64,000 bases of DNA, from positions 27,369 to 91,368 of the forward strand of contig CBDCWR010000006.1 in the NCBI GenBank assembly GCA_965223385.1, given 5' to 3'. The stretch's first letter is position 1. Each line of letters opens with the position of its first letter. Positions 9,832 through 19,485 of the stretch are shown here, piece by piece. The notes under the pieces are model-generated. The model ran no database searches. It was not told the DNA's origin and was given only the letters and a program-made list of their open reading frames with translations. Source of the DNA: Candidatus Multivoraceae bacterium (GTDB lineage: Bacteria > Acidobacteriota > Thermoanaerobaculia > Multivoradales > Multivoraceae). The translations under genes and the position numbers were made by a program.

Positions 9832-10605
9832 TCAGACGACGCGGCCGAAGAAGGTCTCCATGGCGGTGTCCGAGAGGCGGACGCCGGGGGCGTCGTTGTA
9901 CGCGAAGACCACGAGCATGCGCGAGACCGGGCCTTCGGTGGGCGTCACCCGGTGCAGGGCGTCGCGCCCCCGGAAGAGCACGAGGTCTCCCGGCTCGAAG
10001 TCGAGGGTCTTCACCTCTTCGCGGCCGCGGAGGATTGCGCCGACGCGCTCGAACGCCTGGTCACCGCGCGCCGCGTCGCGCACTGCCGGCACGTACTCGA
10101 AGCGACCGCCACCTTCGGGCGCGCGCAGCAGCAGCGTCACCGCAAACGAAGAGTTGTCGAAGTGCCACCCGAGCTCGCGCCCCTCGGGTGCGAAGTGCAC
10201 GTTGATCGACGACAGCGGATCGGCGTAGGGGTAGAGCTGGGGGATGTCGAGCACGCGGCAGAGAAACGTCTGAAAGGAGGGGTCGCCGTACACCTCGCGC
10301 AACGGGGAGTCGGCCGGAATCTGGTCGTCGGCGAGGAGGCCTTTGCTGCTCGCGACCTGGAGGTTGAAGGGGTGATCTGCAGGGAGCGTCGGGTTGCTGT
10401 CCGTGAGGTAGACGTTGTGGCTCGAGTGGGCGAAGAACGCCTCGTCTTCCATGGACGAAAACTCCTCGACGACCTTTGCGACCGCTTCGGGGGCGAAGAA
10501 GCGGGAGAGAACGAGCGCGCCGTCGCTCTCGAGCGCCTCGCGACACCGCGCCGCGTAGGTAGCGTCGTCGAGGCGGTGGAGATCGGTGCGGATGTGGCGG
10601 CTCAT
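9832..10605 (-). CDS. Fe(II)/2-oxoglutarate-dependent oxygenase (BesD/HalD-like fold, hydroxylase-type HxD triad)
   Basis: GWHFD...GGRFEY...GDLVLFRG..ALHRVT...R. Start moved to ATG 10605, which follows the GST stop. Confidence 0.8.
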   Translation of the reverse strand: MSRHIRTDLHRLDDATYAARCREALESDGALVLSRFFAPEAVAKVVEEFSSMEDEAFFAHSSHNVYLTDSNPTLPADHPFNLQVASSKGLLADDQIPADSPLREVYGDPSFQTFLCRVLDIPQLYPYADPLSSINVHFAPEGRELGWHFDNSSFAVTLLLRAPEGGGRFEYVPAVRDAARGDQAFERVGAILRGREEVKTLDFEPGDLVLFRGRDALHRVTPTEGPVSRMLVVFAYNDAPGVRLSDTAMETFFGRVV

Positions 10606-10618
10606 GTGCACCCCAGCC

Positions 10619-11383
10619 TCACGCCAGCGTCTGGGGCGGCCACAGCACGCGGTCTTCGCGGATCTCGCCGAAAAACCAGTCGTGCTGGCCGTTGGCGAGC
10701 ATCCACTCGATGCGATCGCCGCGCCAGAAGAGCTTGCGGCGCTCGACCTGTGCGCCGTCGACGTTCTGGAGGAAGCTGCGCACCCGTTTGAGATCGGCCA
10801 GAAAGACCGGGTTCTTGCGCAGCTGCTTGAGCCAGGCGGCGACACGCCCGTGGCGCTCGAAGTCGTACGGCAGGCCGAGGGCTCCGGCCCCGGAGATGTG
10901 CGGGAAGAGCGCGACGTCGGCGATGCTGAGGTCGCCGCAGAGATAGGGCCCTTCCTCCAGGTCCCGCTCCATCGCGTCGTACACCGAGCCCAGGCTCCGC
11001 CGGCCCGCGTCGAGGAGGCCCTCCGGCATGGTGTCGTCGCGCTCGGCCCAGGACCAGTACGAGACGTTGGTGAGCGCCGCGTCGACGAGCGTGTCGGCGA
11101 TGCGCTGCCAGTACCTTGCTGCAGCCCTCTTGGCCGGGTCGGCGGGAAGCAGAGGCGTCTCCGGATAACGATGGTCCAGGTAGTCGACGATGTCGCTGGA
11201 GCCCACGATCACGAGGTCGCCGTCCACGAGCGCCGGCACCTCGAGTCGGCTGTTCACCGCGCGGAGCGCGTCGTGGTTGCGCCGGTCGAGGCCATCGACG
11301 AACTCCGCGTCGAGCCCTTTGAGCTCGATGGCGAGACGCACCTTGCGCGCGAAGGGACTGAATGCACTGTCGAAAGCTCGCAT
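10619..11383 (-). CDS. Glutathione S-transferase family protein
   Basis: SPFARKVRLAIELKG, EVPAL, GSSDIVDYLD, LSIADVAL. Start at ATG 11383. Confidence 0.9.
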   Translation of the reverse strand: MRAFDSAFSPFARKVRLAIELKGLDAEFVDGLDRRNHDALRAVNSRLEVPALVDGDLVIVGSSDIVDYLDHRYPETPLLPADPAKRAAARYWQRIADTLVDAALTNVSYWSWAERDDTMPEGLLDAGRRSLGSVYDAMERDLEEGPYLCGDLSIADVALFPHISGAGALGLPYDFERHGRVAAWLKQLRKNPVFLADLKRVRSFLQNVDGAQVERRKLFWRGDRIEWMLANGQHDWFFGEIREDRVLWPPQTLA

Positions 11384-11420
11384 CTCGCTCTCCCTGTCTA
11401 CTGCGCCCGCCGGGACGCCC

Positions 11421-12575
11421 CTAGAAGACGGCAAGCGCGTTGATCGGCGAGCCGGTTCCGGTGGGCACGACGAGTGGCCCGGCCGTCAGCAGGAACTCCC
11501 ACTGGCCGAGCTCGGCGGCCTTCTGCGACAGCGCCTCGAGATCCTGGTTGTCGAAGATGTCGACGCCGAGGGCCACGATCACCATCAGGTGGACGGGCAG
11601 GTCGACACCCTCGACTCCCGACGGGATCACGTCGAGAGCCGCGTCGCTCCCGAGGAACGCCACGTCGCGCGCCTTGAACCACGGCACGGTGGAGGCGTGG
11701 AGCCCGGCCGAGCCCTGGGAGACGTCCCAGGGGCCCTGCGCGGCGCGCCGTGCCCAGCGCCCGGTTCGGATGAACACCGCGTCGCCCGGTTGGACGTGGA
11801 GGCCGGCCATCTCCTCGAACGCTTCGAGGTCTTCGACGAAGATCGGTGTGCCAGGCTCGAGCGAGCTTTCACCGCGCAGGTGCGGGATGTCGATGAGGAC
11901 ACCGCGCGTGACGATGCCGCCGCGCAGCGCGGCGATCGACGCGAACGAGCAGCCGGCCTCGGTGACGCTCTCTCGGGAGCGCCCGTTGTACATCTGGCCG
12001 CGATAGAGGATGTGGCACAGCGAGTCGATGTGTGAGTGCGAGTAGCCGTGGTAGCTCACGCGGTACGTGTCGCTGACGCCGCCGCGCAACGGCGGCTCGG
12101 CTGCGAGATCGGGCAGCCGGATGATCTCGCGCTCGAAGGGAGCCGGAACGTCGATCTCCGTGGCCGTCAGAAGCGGGTGGGCAAGCGACACCACCTCACC
12201 CCGAGTCGCGAGCGCGAGCGCCGCGCGGCGCTTCTCGGGCGTGATCAGGTTTGCCGCCCCGAGCTCGTCGTCGGCACCCCAGCGGCCCCAGTTGGAGAGG
12301 CTCTCCATCAGACCTTCGATATCGGCCTGGGTGAGGTTGCGCCCGACGCCCTCGAACGCGGGTGGCGTGTAGGTGCTGACGGGGGTGGGCTCGGGTGATT
12401 CCGTGGTGCCGGGAGCGCAGGCCAGGACGGCGGCGAGCGCGAGCGCCCAGGTGCAAGGTCGCCATCGCCACACGGCCGAAGAGGCGTGTGCGTCGCGACG
12501 TGGTGCGGACGCACGCGCGACCTCGGAACGCCGGGTGGCGGTGGGCGGAGTGAGTTGGGATTCGGGCGTGTCCAT
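11421..12575 (-). CDS. Cyclase/kynurenine-formamidase-like metal-dependent hydrolase, lipoprotein
   Basis: NWGRWGADDELGAAN, HSHIDSLCH, RGVLID, PGDAVFIRTG, TGSPINAL; lipobox AAVLAC. Confidence 0.88.
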   Translation of the reverse strand: MDTPESQLTPPTATRRSEVARASAPRRDAHASSAVWRWRPCTWALALAAVLACAPGTTESPEPTPVSTYTPPAFEGVGRNLTQADIEGLMESLSNWGRWGADDELGAANLITPEKRRAALALATRGEVVSLAHPLLTATEIDVPAPFEREIIRLPDLAAEPPLRGGVSDTYRVSYHGYSHSHIDSLCHILYRGQMYNGRSRESVTEAGCSFASIAALRGGIVTRGVLIDIPHLRGESSLEPGTPIFVEDLEAFEEMAGLHVQPGDAVFIRTGRWARRAAQGPWDVSQGSAGLHASTVPWFKARDVAFLGSDAALDVIPSGVEGVDLPVHLMVIVALGVDIFDNQDLEALSQKAAELGQWEFLLTAGPLVVPTGTGSPINALAVF

Positions 12576-12648
12576 TCCGACGTCCTTTCTTCCGAGCTCG
12601 GCCCACGTGCCGTGGACCCGGGTATCGGCGTGATGCGAGAGCGTGCAG

Positions 12649-13404
12649 CTACACCAGGTTGATCCGGACTCCGCACAGGGTGACCTGGCGGTCGCCGGTA
12701 ACGACCCCGCGCGCCTCGCCCGCTTCCATCACGGCGTCTGCGTTGCCCCGAACGTCGAGCTCCGACAGACCTTCGGGGCGCCCATCGGCACACGGCACGA
12801 AGCGCAGCTCGGCATTGTCGAGGGGCAGCACGTTGCCCTGCAGCGGAATCTGTGCGATCTCGGCCCAACGTGCCGCGGTGCTCGGCGGATCGTCGCACTG
12901 CATCGTCGCCGCTGTGATCGCGGTGACGCGGTCGGTCATCGCCGGCTTCCAGTCGTGCCCGGCCGGGTGCCAGGGGCCGTCCGGGCTCTGCCCGCCGTCC
13001 ACGTTCATCTGGTCGATCTCGAAGAACGAGCCGCCCGTGTCTTTCGGGTGCAGCTGCATGTGCATGAACTCGCCTTCCGCGCGGCTGGAGACGAGCCGGA
13101 TGCCCAGCTCCTCGACGCGCGCGCGCCGCGGCGGGTGATCGTCGCACTGCGTGATCACCATGTAGCCGCCGTCACCGCCGCGCCGATCGAGGTAGCGCTT
13201 TCCCGCGGTGTCCCCCGCGAGGTCCAGCGGCGCGACCACCTCGAGAAACTGGGTGCCGATCGGGTACAGCGCGTTGTGCAGCCCGAACCTCTCGACGCCG
13301 GGGTCGTTGTAGCAGACCTTCAGTCCGAGGACGTCCAAGAGCTCTTCTTCGACGGGAGCGAGCTCGGCCGCCACGAACGCGATCTGTCGGAGCCATAGGT
13401 GCAT
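12649..13404 (-). CDS. VOC/glyoxalase-like protein
   Basis: LRQIAFV, FGLHNAL, FLEVVAP, RRGGDGGYMVITQ, QLHPKD. Confidence 0.8.
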   Translation of the reverse strand: MHLWLRQIAFVAAELAPVEEELLDVLGLKVCYNDPGVERFGLHNALYPIGTQFLEVVAPLDLAGDTAGKRYLDRRGGDGGYMVITQCDDHPPRRARVEELGIRLVSSRAEGEFMHMQLHPKDTGGSFFEIDQMNVDGGQSPDGPWHPAGHDWKPAMTDRVTAITAATMQCDDPPSTAARWAEIAQIPLQGNVLPLDNAELRFVPCADGRPEGLSELDVRGNADAVMEAGEARGVVTGDRQVTLCGVRINLV

Positions 13405-13693
13405 GACCGGCCTCCCTCTGGTGACCCAGTGCTGTCACTCGTGTTCCAGTGAAACGAGAGACTCGCCGAGTCTCCCTCATTCTGCGGTCCGATGTCTTGT
13501 CTCCGGATGCCTCGCGCGCCGACGCCGAGGTTCCCTGAGAGCTTTCGCGAGGCCAGCGCGTCTACAGGAGCATGGCGGCTGTGAGCACGCGAGTGCGTAC
13601 AGGAGCCATCGAGACCGATGGACTCGGTCTCGAAGCACGAACCCAAGGCGCCCGTCCAATGGGCGAGCGCCCGCAAGATAGCGAGGCAGAAGA

Positions 13694-14371
13694 ATGAACA
13701 GAAGGGAAGCCATGCGAGCGGCCGTTCTCGTGTTCGCGTCATTGCTGATCGCCGGTGCGGCGGCAGCACAACCAGACATTCCGAATCTCACCGTCTCCTC
13801 GATCCAGGACTTCTTCGGCGACCCGCAGCCCGGTTCTTCCACCGTGCAGCGTGGGCGCACCAACATCTCCGTGGGCTGGGGCTCTCAGGGCCGCGGCATC
13901 TATCCCGGCTACACCTACACGGTCTGGGCGGTGGTCTTCAACGCACCCGAGAAGTGCGTCAGCCCCGACGGCGAGGGTGGCACCATGTGTGGGGAAGACG
14001 ACGTCTTCGGCCCACTCCTCAATGGAGCTCCGAACCTCGCCGAGGTGGACGTTCTGTACGCCGGTGGTGCGGTGGCGGATGCGCGCGGCGTCCGGATCGA
14101 AGGCCGGATCTTCAAGGGACAGGCGCCGGGCTCGGTGTACTCGGTCCTCGGCGCAGAGTCGCTGGGGCTCACGAACCCGCTTCGGGCGGAAGTGCACCTC
14201 GTTGCGCGGAGTCACGGGCCGCTGGTGGAGTCGCAGATGCCGGAGCAGGTGACGACCTATGCGGGCGGCTGCCTGAACTTCATCGGTCCGCCGCTTGCAC
14301 CGGCGATCGCCAATGAGGAAGGTGAGTGCGCCGATACACAGTTTTCGGTGCATGTGTCCGGCATCCGCTGA
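13694..14371 (+). CDS. Secreted hypothetical protein
   Basis: Signal peptide ending AAAA-QP, four Cys, host-like codon usage, followed by a terminator-like hairpin. Confidence 0.75.
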   Translation: MNRREAMRAAVLVFASLLIAGAAAAQPDIPNLTVSSIQDFFGDPQPGSSTVQRGRTNISVGWGSQGRGIYPGYTYTVWAVVFNAPEKCVSPDGEGGTMCGEDDVFGPLLNGAPNLAEVDVLYAGGAVADARGVRIEGRIFKGQAPGSVYSVLGAESLGLTNPLRAEVHLVARSHGPLVESQMPEQVTTYAGGCLNFIGPPLAPAIANEEGECADTQFSVHVSGIR

Positions 14372-14390
14372 AGTCGCACGACGTTTCGTG

Positions 14391-14434
14391 GAACCGGCCG
14401 GCCCTCGCGGGGCGGCCGGTTCTGTTCTTCGTTT
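14391..14434 (+). terminator. Probable intrinsic (possibly bidirectional) terminator
   Basis: GAACCGGCCG...CGGCCGGTTC stem followed by TGTTCTTCGTTT, between convergent genes. Confidence 0.6.
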
Positions 14435-16527
14435 CACGAGAGCTCAGCGAGAATCCGATCGTTGTGCTCGCCGACGTCAGGGGAGTTGCCCCAGATCGTC
14501 ATCGTGTGACGACGGAACTGGAAGGGGAAACCCTTGACGAGAGCACCGTTGGGGCTCGAGCTGAAGATCTCGGCGTCGAGGTACCTCCGGGCCCGGAGGA
14601 TGTGGGAGCCAGCCTGGGCGATGGCTGCTCCACCTCCTGCGGCGAGGAAGTGGGCAACGGCTTCTTCCGCGGGCCTCTGTGAGGTCCACGCGGCGACGGT
14701 CTCATCGTCCAGGCTGTCGAGGTCGTCGATCGCAGCCGCGACGGTCGCTTCGGGGTCGCTGAGTGCCACGTACCCGCCGCAGCCGCAGCGGTAGAGGCGA
14801 GCAAGCGCGTGTCTGCCGACCGCCTGCTGCAGCCCGACCTCGGAGCTGCTGCCGCCCTGCGCGACGGCCGCAATGGCGTCGCCCAGCTGGTAGACCGCGC
14901 AGTCGCGCTGCGAGACGTCGAGATGTAGGGCCACGCCGCGCCTGCGGCAGTCGGTGACGGCGAGCGCCACCATGGCGGCACCGTACAGACAGACGATCTG
15001 ATCGGGGTAGTTGAGGTTGCGGCCGGAGATCACCGGCTCGCCGTCTTCGTAGGTGGTCAGCGAGGCGAAGCCGCTGCTCGCCTCCAGGGTGGAGCCGAAG
15101 GTGGTGTGGCTCGCGCCGGGCCCGTCGAGCCCCTGCGACGAGATCGACGCGAGGAGGATGTTCGGATTGGCGCTCCGGAGCGTGTCGAACGAGAGTCCGA
15201 GGCGGTCGAGGACACCGCGCCGGTAGTTCTCGAGCACGATGTCGGCGCTCTGGGCGAGCTCGAGGAAGCGCTCCTTGCCCTCCTTGGTCTTGAGGTCGAG
15301 CGCGAGGCCGAGCTTGTTCCGGTTGTTGCTCTTGAACACCGGTGAGTCGTCGTCGCTCGCCCACCGCCGGAAGGGGTCGGCGCGCGTGTGCGACTCCACT
15401 TTGATCACCTCGGCGCCGAGGTCCGCGAGGAGCGCCGAGACGCCGGCGCCCGCCGTGATGATGCCGAAGTCGAGCACGCGGATGCCTGCGAGTGGCAGAT
15501 CACCCGAGCTTTCGCCTGCCGGCTCAGCTGCCCCCTGGGCCTCTGCGGCAATGCGATGGGGCGGCCGGACGAGCCGCACTCCGTCTTCGCGCACCTGAAA
15601 CGACTCGCGATGTCGAAGGAGCGGATCGTGCGGGAGGTCGAACACGGTCGAGACCGGCGCGGCCGGAATGGCGTGCTCGAGAAAGAGCTGCATGAGCTCG
15701 CTCTTGGTGCGCTTGCGGCACCACTTTCGCAGGATCGCCAGGTACGCGTCCCTGTTCTCGGCTCGGCCCTGGAACGTGGCGAAACGCTCCTCCTCGAGCT
15801 GCGGGTCGCCGACCAGCTCGACGAGTGGCTGCCAGTCACGCTCCGTGTAGACGAGTGCGATCTCGCCATCGGCGCAGGTGACGATGGGCCACTCGGCACG
15901 GTGCCCGCGGCGGTTCATCTCCCGACCGAGCGATGCGGAGACCGCCGCCTTCCAATTCACCCAGGCGAGCACCCCGGGCCCGTCGACCGTGGCGCTGTCA
16001 CCCTTGCCGAAGCGGCGCCAGCGCGCCGCGATGCCTGCGAGAGCGGCGAAGGCGGCATAGCCGATGGTGTGGGCTCCGAAGTTGGCCGAGGGCACCAACG
16101 GCTCCCGCTCCGGATCCCCGAGCAGGGTGGCGATGCCCGACTCCGCGAAGAGCGTCTCCTCGGTGTGCCATGGTTCCATGGCGACGGAGACGACGGACGC
16201 GCCCTCACCGAGGTCGACGTGATCCTCCCCGGCGACGAGCACGACGCGCAGGGTGTCCGGCGGCGCAGCCAGAGCCCAAGCGAGCGGATCGGTTTTGGTC
16301 TGGGCTTCGTCGACGTCGTAGAAGCCGAAGCCCCTCTCGGGAGAGTCTCCCTTCGTCGAGGTCGTGGCTCCGAGCTCGGCCGCGGTGCGCGTGGCGAACC
16401 GAACGGCGCGCCGCGCGGGCTCCGCAGCGTCGGAGTGGTACCACTGAAGGACCTCGAGGTGGTCGAGCAAGGCGCCTCCTCGTGGGAGTGTCGGTGCGGA
16501 CGAGGCAGTGTAGTCGAAGCGGGCCAT
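14434..16527 (-). CDS. Two-domain family III CoA-transferase (degenerate N-terminal half, intact C-terminal half)
   Basis: C-half has PLAGIRVLDF, LGAEVIKVE, NRNKLG, ENYRRG, NYPDQ. N-half keeps only partial motifs. Confidence 0.85.
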   Translation of the reverse strand: MARFDYTASSAPTLPRGGALLDHLEVLQWYHSDAAEPARRAVRFATRTAAELGATTSTKGDSPERGFGFYDVDEAQTKTDPLAWALAAPPDTLRVVLVAGEDHVDLGEGASVVSVAMEPWHTEETLFAESGIATLLGDPEREPLVPSANFGAHTIGYAAFAALAGIAARWRRFGKGDSATVDGPGVLAWVNWKAAVSASLGREMNRRGHRAEWPIVTCADGEIALVYTERDWQPLVELVGDPQLEEERFATFQGRAENRDAYLAILRKWCRKRTKSELMQLFLEHAIPAAPVSTVFDLPHDPLLRHRESFQVREDGVRLVRPPHRIAAEAQGAAEPAGESSGDLPLAGIRVLDFGIITAGAGVSALLADLGAEVIKVESHTRADPFRRWASDDDSPVFKSNNRNKLGLALDLKTKEGKERFLELAQSADIVLENYRRGVLDRLGLSFDTLRSANPNILLASISSQGLDGPGASHTTFGSTLEASSGFASLTTYEDGEPVISGRNLNYPDQIVCLYGAAMVALAVTDCRRRGVALHLDVSQRDCAVYQLGDAIAAVAQGGSSSEVGLQQAVGRHALARLYRCGCGGYVALSDPEATVAAAIDDLDSLDDETVAAWTSQRPAEEAVAHFLAAGGGAAIAQAGSHILRARRYLDAEIFSSSPNGALVKGFPFQFRRHTMTIWGNSPDVGEHNDRILAELS

Positions 16528-16587
16528 TCACTTCGGCCCATACAATCGTCGGGCTCCGACTCCACTCCAGTTCTTCGGGAGGTCGAC

Positions 16588-17421
16588 ATGACGCGAAGAC
16601 TCGAAGGCAAGGTGGCCTTCATCACCGGCGCGAGCCGTGGGCTCGGGGAGTACTGTGCCGTCGGGTATGGCCGTGAAGGGGCCAAGGTGGCGATCGCTGC
16701 GCGCACCGAAGAGGTCCGCGATCCGCGACTCCCCGGCACGATCCATCACGCCGCAAGGCTGGTCGAAGAGGCCGGCGGCGAGGCCCTGCCCGTCGTGTGC
16801 AACGTGGCCGACCCGGCGTCCATCGCGGCCGCCGTGGAAGCTGTGCTCGAGCGGTGGGGCCGCATCGACATCCTGATGAACAACGCCGCCATCCAGCCTC
16901 CGGGTGGCAACGCCGACGTCCAGGCGAAGCACTGGCGCCTCATGTACCGCGTCAACGTACACGGCTGTTTCGACTGCGTGCGGGCGGTCCTGCCGACGAT
17001 GCGCGCGCAGGGCTCCGGCAACATCATCAACATCTCGTCTGCTGCCACCCTGGGAGGTACGCCGTACGGCGGCAGCAAGCGGGCGGTGGAGGCGCTTACC
17101 GAAGGTCTCGCACACGAGCTCGCGGCCGAAGGCATCGTGGTGAATGCGCTCAAACCCGTGGGCGCCATCGAGACGCCTGGGTTCCTGTTCGCCCAAGTCA
17201 CCCGGGACGACGATCGCAGTGCACGCAACGAGCTCCCGCCGAAAGACAGCTACGTCGAAGCGGCGGTGCTGCTGGCGTTGCAGACCCCGCAGTCGTTCAC
17301 CGGGCGGGTCCACAACGACGCGCAGATCATCGGCTACCTGGCCGACGAAGAGACGAAGGAGCGCTTTCGGGAGATGAACCCGAAGCGTTGGGTGACGATG
17401 ATGGAGAGTGTCGACGCCTAG
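16588..17421 (+). CDS. Short-chain dehydrogenase/reductase
   Basis: TGASRGLG, NNAA, NISS, YGGSK; GGAGG RBS before ATG 16588. Confidence 0.92.
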   Translation: MTRRLEGKVAFITGASRGLGEYCAVGYGREGAKVAIAARTEEVRDPRLPGTIHHAARLVEEAGGEALPVVCNVADPASIAAAVEAVLERWGRIDILMNNAAIQPPGGNADVQAKHWRLMYRVNVHGCFDCVRAVLPTMRAQGSGNIINISSAATLGGTPYGGSKRAVEALTEGLAHELAAEGIVVNALKPVGAIETPGFLFAQVTRDDDRSARNELPPKDSYVEAAVLLALQTPQSFTGRVHNDAQIIGYLADEETKERFREMNPKRWVTMMESVDA

Positions 17422-17508
17422 TTGTGGGCGTCAGCAGCGGCCTCGCGCAAGCACCCGGGGCTGCTAGCCTTGCCCTCTTCCCGATTTACAGGAGAGGAGG
17501 AGAGTCCC

Positions 17509-19467
17509 TTGCCAAGACTCCTCAGGTCCGATGTTCCGCGTGCCTCGATCTTCGTGTCGATCCTGCTCTATCTTGCGCTTCCCGGCGGCGCGCAGGACGT
17601 GGAGTGGCGCCACTACGCCGCCGACCGCGCCAGCACCAAGTTCTCGCCCGCGGCGCAGATCGATCGCGGCAACGTCGGCCAGCTCGAGATCGCCTGGCGC
17701 TGGACCACGCCGGACGGCGGCATCGAGACGCGAATGCCTTTTGGCAATCTGAAAGGTACGCCGCTCATGGTCGGCGACGTCGTCTACGCGGTGTCGGCGC
17801 TCAATCAGGTGAGCGCGCTCGATGCGCAGACCGGTGAGGAGCTGTGGACCTACGATCCAAAGGCGTACGAACGGGGGCGGCCGACCCACGGTGGCTTCAC
17901 GCAGCGTGGCCTCGAGTTCTCGACAGCGGGTGGCAAGGAGCGTGTGCTCCTGGTGACGGGAACGCACCAGCTCGTGTCCCTCGACGCCAAGACCGGCAAG
18001 CCCGATCTCGAGTTCGGTGAGGCCGGCATGGTGGACATGCGCGGCGACATCGGTCCGCCGAGTCACATCCGTCAGACGGGGGCCAACTCTCCCGGAATCG
18101 TGTGTGGCAACACGATCATGATGGGCATGACGGTCGCCGACTTCGCGGTGTCGCAGGAGATGCCGGCCGGTCACATCCGCGGCTACGACGTGCACACGGG
18201 CGAGAAGAAGTGGGTCTTTCACACCGTCCCGCAGGGTGAGGAGTTTGGTGCCGACACCTGGCACGACGAAGCCTGGCGCTACTCGGGCAACACCAACGTG
18301 TGGTCGTGGATGAGCTGCGACGAAGAGACGGGGTGGGTCTACTTCGGCACGGGAACTCCCACGAGCGACTACTACGGTGGCCATCGCCACGGCGACAACC
18401 TCTTCGCCGAGTCTCTGGTGGCGCTCGATGCGGCAACTGGAGAGCGCCAGTGGCACTTCCAGGCGGTCCGCCATGGCCTGTGGGACTACGACTTCCCGTG
18501 CGCTCCCATCCTGCTCGACCTGGAGACAGGCGGTCGCAAGATCAAGGCGGTCGCCCAGGTCAGCAAGCAGGCGTTCACCTACGTCTTCGATCGCACCACG
18601 GGCGAGCCGGTGTGGCCCATCGTCGACCGGAAGGTGCCCGAGAGCTTCGTCGACGGTGAGTGGACGGCGCCGCTGCAGCCTTTCCCCACCAAACCGCCAC
18701 CCTTCGACCTCCAGGGCTTTCGCGAGTCCGACCTGATCGATCTCACGCCCGAGCTGCACGCCGAGGCGCGCGAGATCTACGAGACCCTCCTCGGCGGACC
18801 CCTGTTCACGCCGCCCATCGAAGTCGGTTGGCAGGGGCGCCAGACCCAGATCCTGGTTCCCGGCCAGGCGGGCGGCGCGAATTGGGGCGGCGCCGCCGTC
18901 GACCCAGCGCGGGGCATGCTCTACGTGCCGTCCCAGACCCGCATCGGTGGCAACGCAGTGGTGCGACCGACCGAGCGCCAGGGCTCCGATCGCAGCTTCC
19001 TGCCCAAGATCGGCGGCGTCGAGGGCCCGCAGGGTCTACCGCTCGCCAAGCCCCCGTGGGTTCGGTTGACGGCGATCGATCTCAACCGCGGCGAGATCGC
19101 CTGGCAGGTGCCGCTCGGACACGGGCCCGCAGATCACCCGGCTCTCGAGGGCATCGACCCCGCCACGCTGGGGGCGTACCCGACCGACGGGCTCGCTCCA
19201 GGCTGGCCGATGGTGACCGAGACGCTCGTCTTCGTGACGCAGGCGGTGAAGAAGCCCGGTGTCACCGACCGTCGCGGCCCCTCGACGGGCCACCTCTACG
19301 CATTCGACAAGGAGACCGGCGAGCAGCTGCTCCGCCTGGAGCTCCCGAAGACTCCGGGGGGTGGTCCGATGACGTACGTCTCGGGCGGCCGACAGTACGT
19401 CGTGGTGCCAGTGGGCAGCCGCGGCGAAGGGCACGAGCTCGTGGCGCTCCGTCTGCCGGCGCGGTAG
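17509..19467 (+). CDS. PQQ-dependent dehydrogenase (glucose/quinate dehydrogenase-like, soluble exported type)
   Basis: GHIRGYDV.TG, GDNLFAESLVALDA.TG, HGLWDYD, GGANWGG, KPPW. Start TTG 17509 chosen after a GAGGAG RBS (ORF track starts at 17422). Confidence 0.88.
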   Translation: MPRLLRSDVPRASIFVSILLYLALPGGAQDVEWRHYAADRASTKFSPAAQIDRGNVGQLEIAWRWTTPDGGIETRMPFGNLKGTPLMVGDVVYAVSALNQVSALDAQTGEELWTYDPKAYERGRPTHGGFTQRGLEFSTAGGKERVLLVTGTHQLVSLDAKTGKPDLEFGEAGMVDMRGDIGPPSHIRQTGANSPGIVCGNTIMMGMTVADFAVSQEMPAGHIRGYDVHTGEKKWVFHTVPQGEEFGADTWHDEAWRYSGNTNVWSWMSCDEETGWVYFGTGTPTSDYYGGHRHGDNLFAESLVALDAATGERQWHFQAVRHGLWDYDFPCAPILLDLETGGRKIKAVAQVSKQAFTYVFDRTTGEPVWPIVDRKVPESFVDGEWTAPLQPFPTKPPPFDLQGFRESDLIDLTPELHAEAREIYETLLGGPLFTPPIEVGWQGRQTQILVPGQAGGANWGGAAVDPARGMLYVPSQTRIGGNAVVRPTERQGSDRSFLPKIGGVEGPQGLPLAKPPWVRLTAIDLNRGEIAWQVPLGHGPADHPALEGIDPATLGAYPTDGLAPGWPMVTETLVFVTQAVKKPGVTDRRGPSTGHLYAFDKETGEQLLRLELPKTPGGGPMTYVSGGRQYVVVPVGSRGEGHELVALRLPAR

Positions 19468-19485
19468 CGCGGCTTCCCCTGGCGG

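Noticed and set aside
9832-10605. Radical halogenase call for the BesD-like enzyme
   Set aside because: It retains Asp in HFD; halogenases replace it with Gly/Ala.
15388-16587. 400-aa N-terminal extension of the SDR in the ORF track
   Set aside because: It overlaps the opposite-strand CoA-transferase; the RBS and SDR motifs place the start at 16588.
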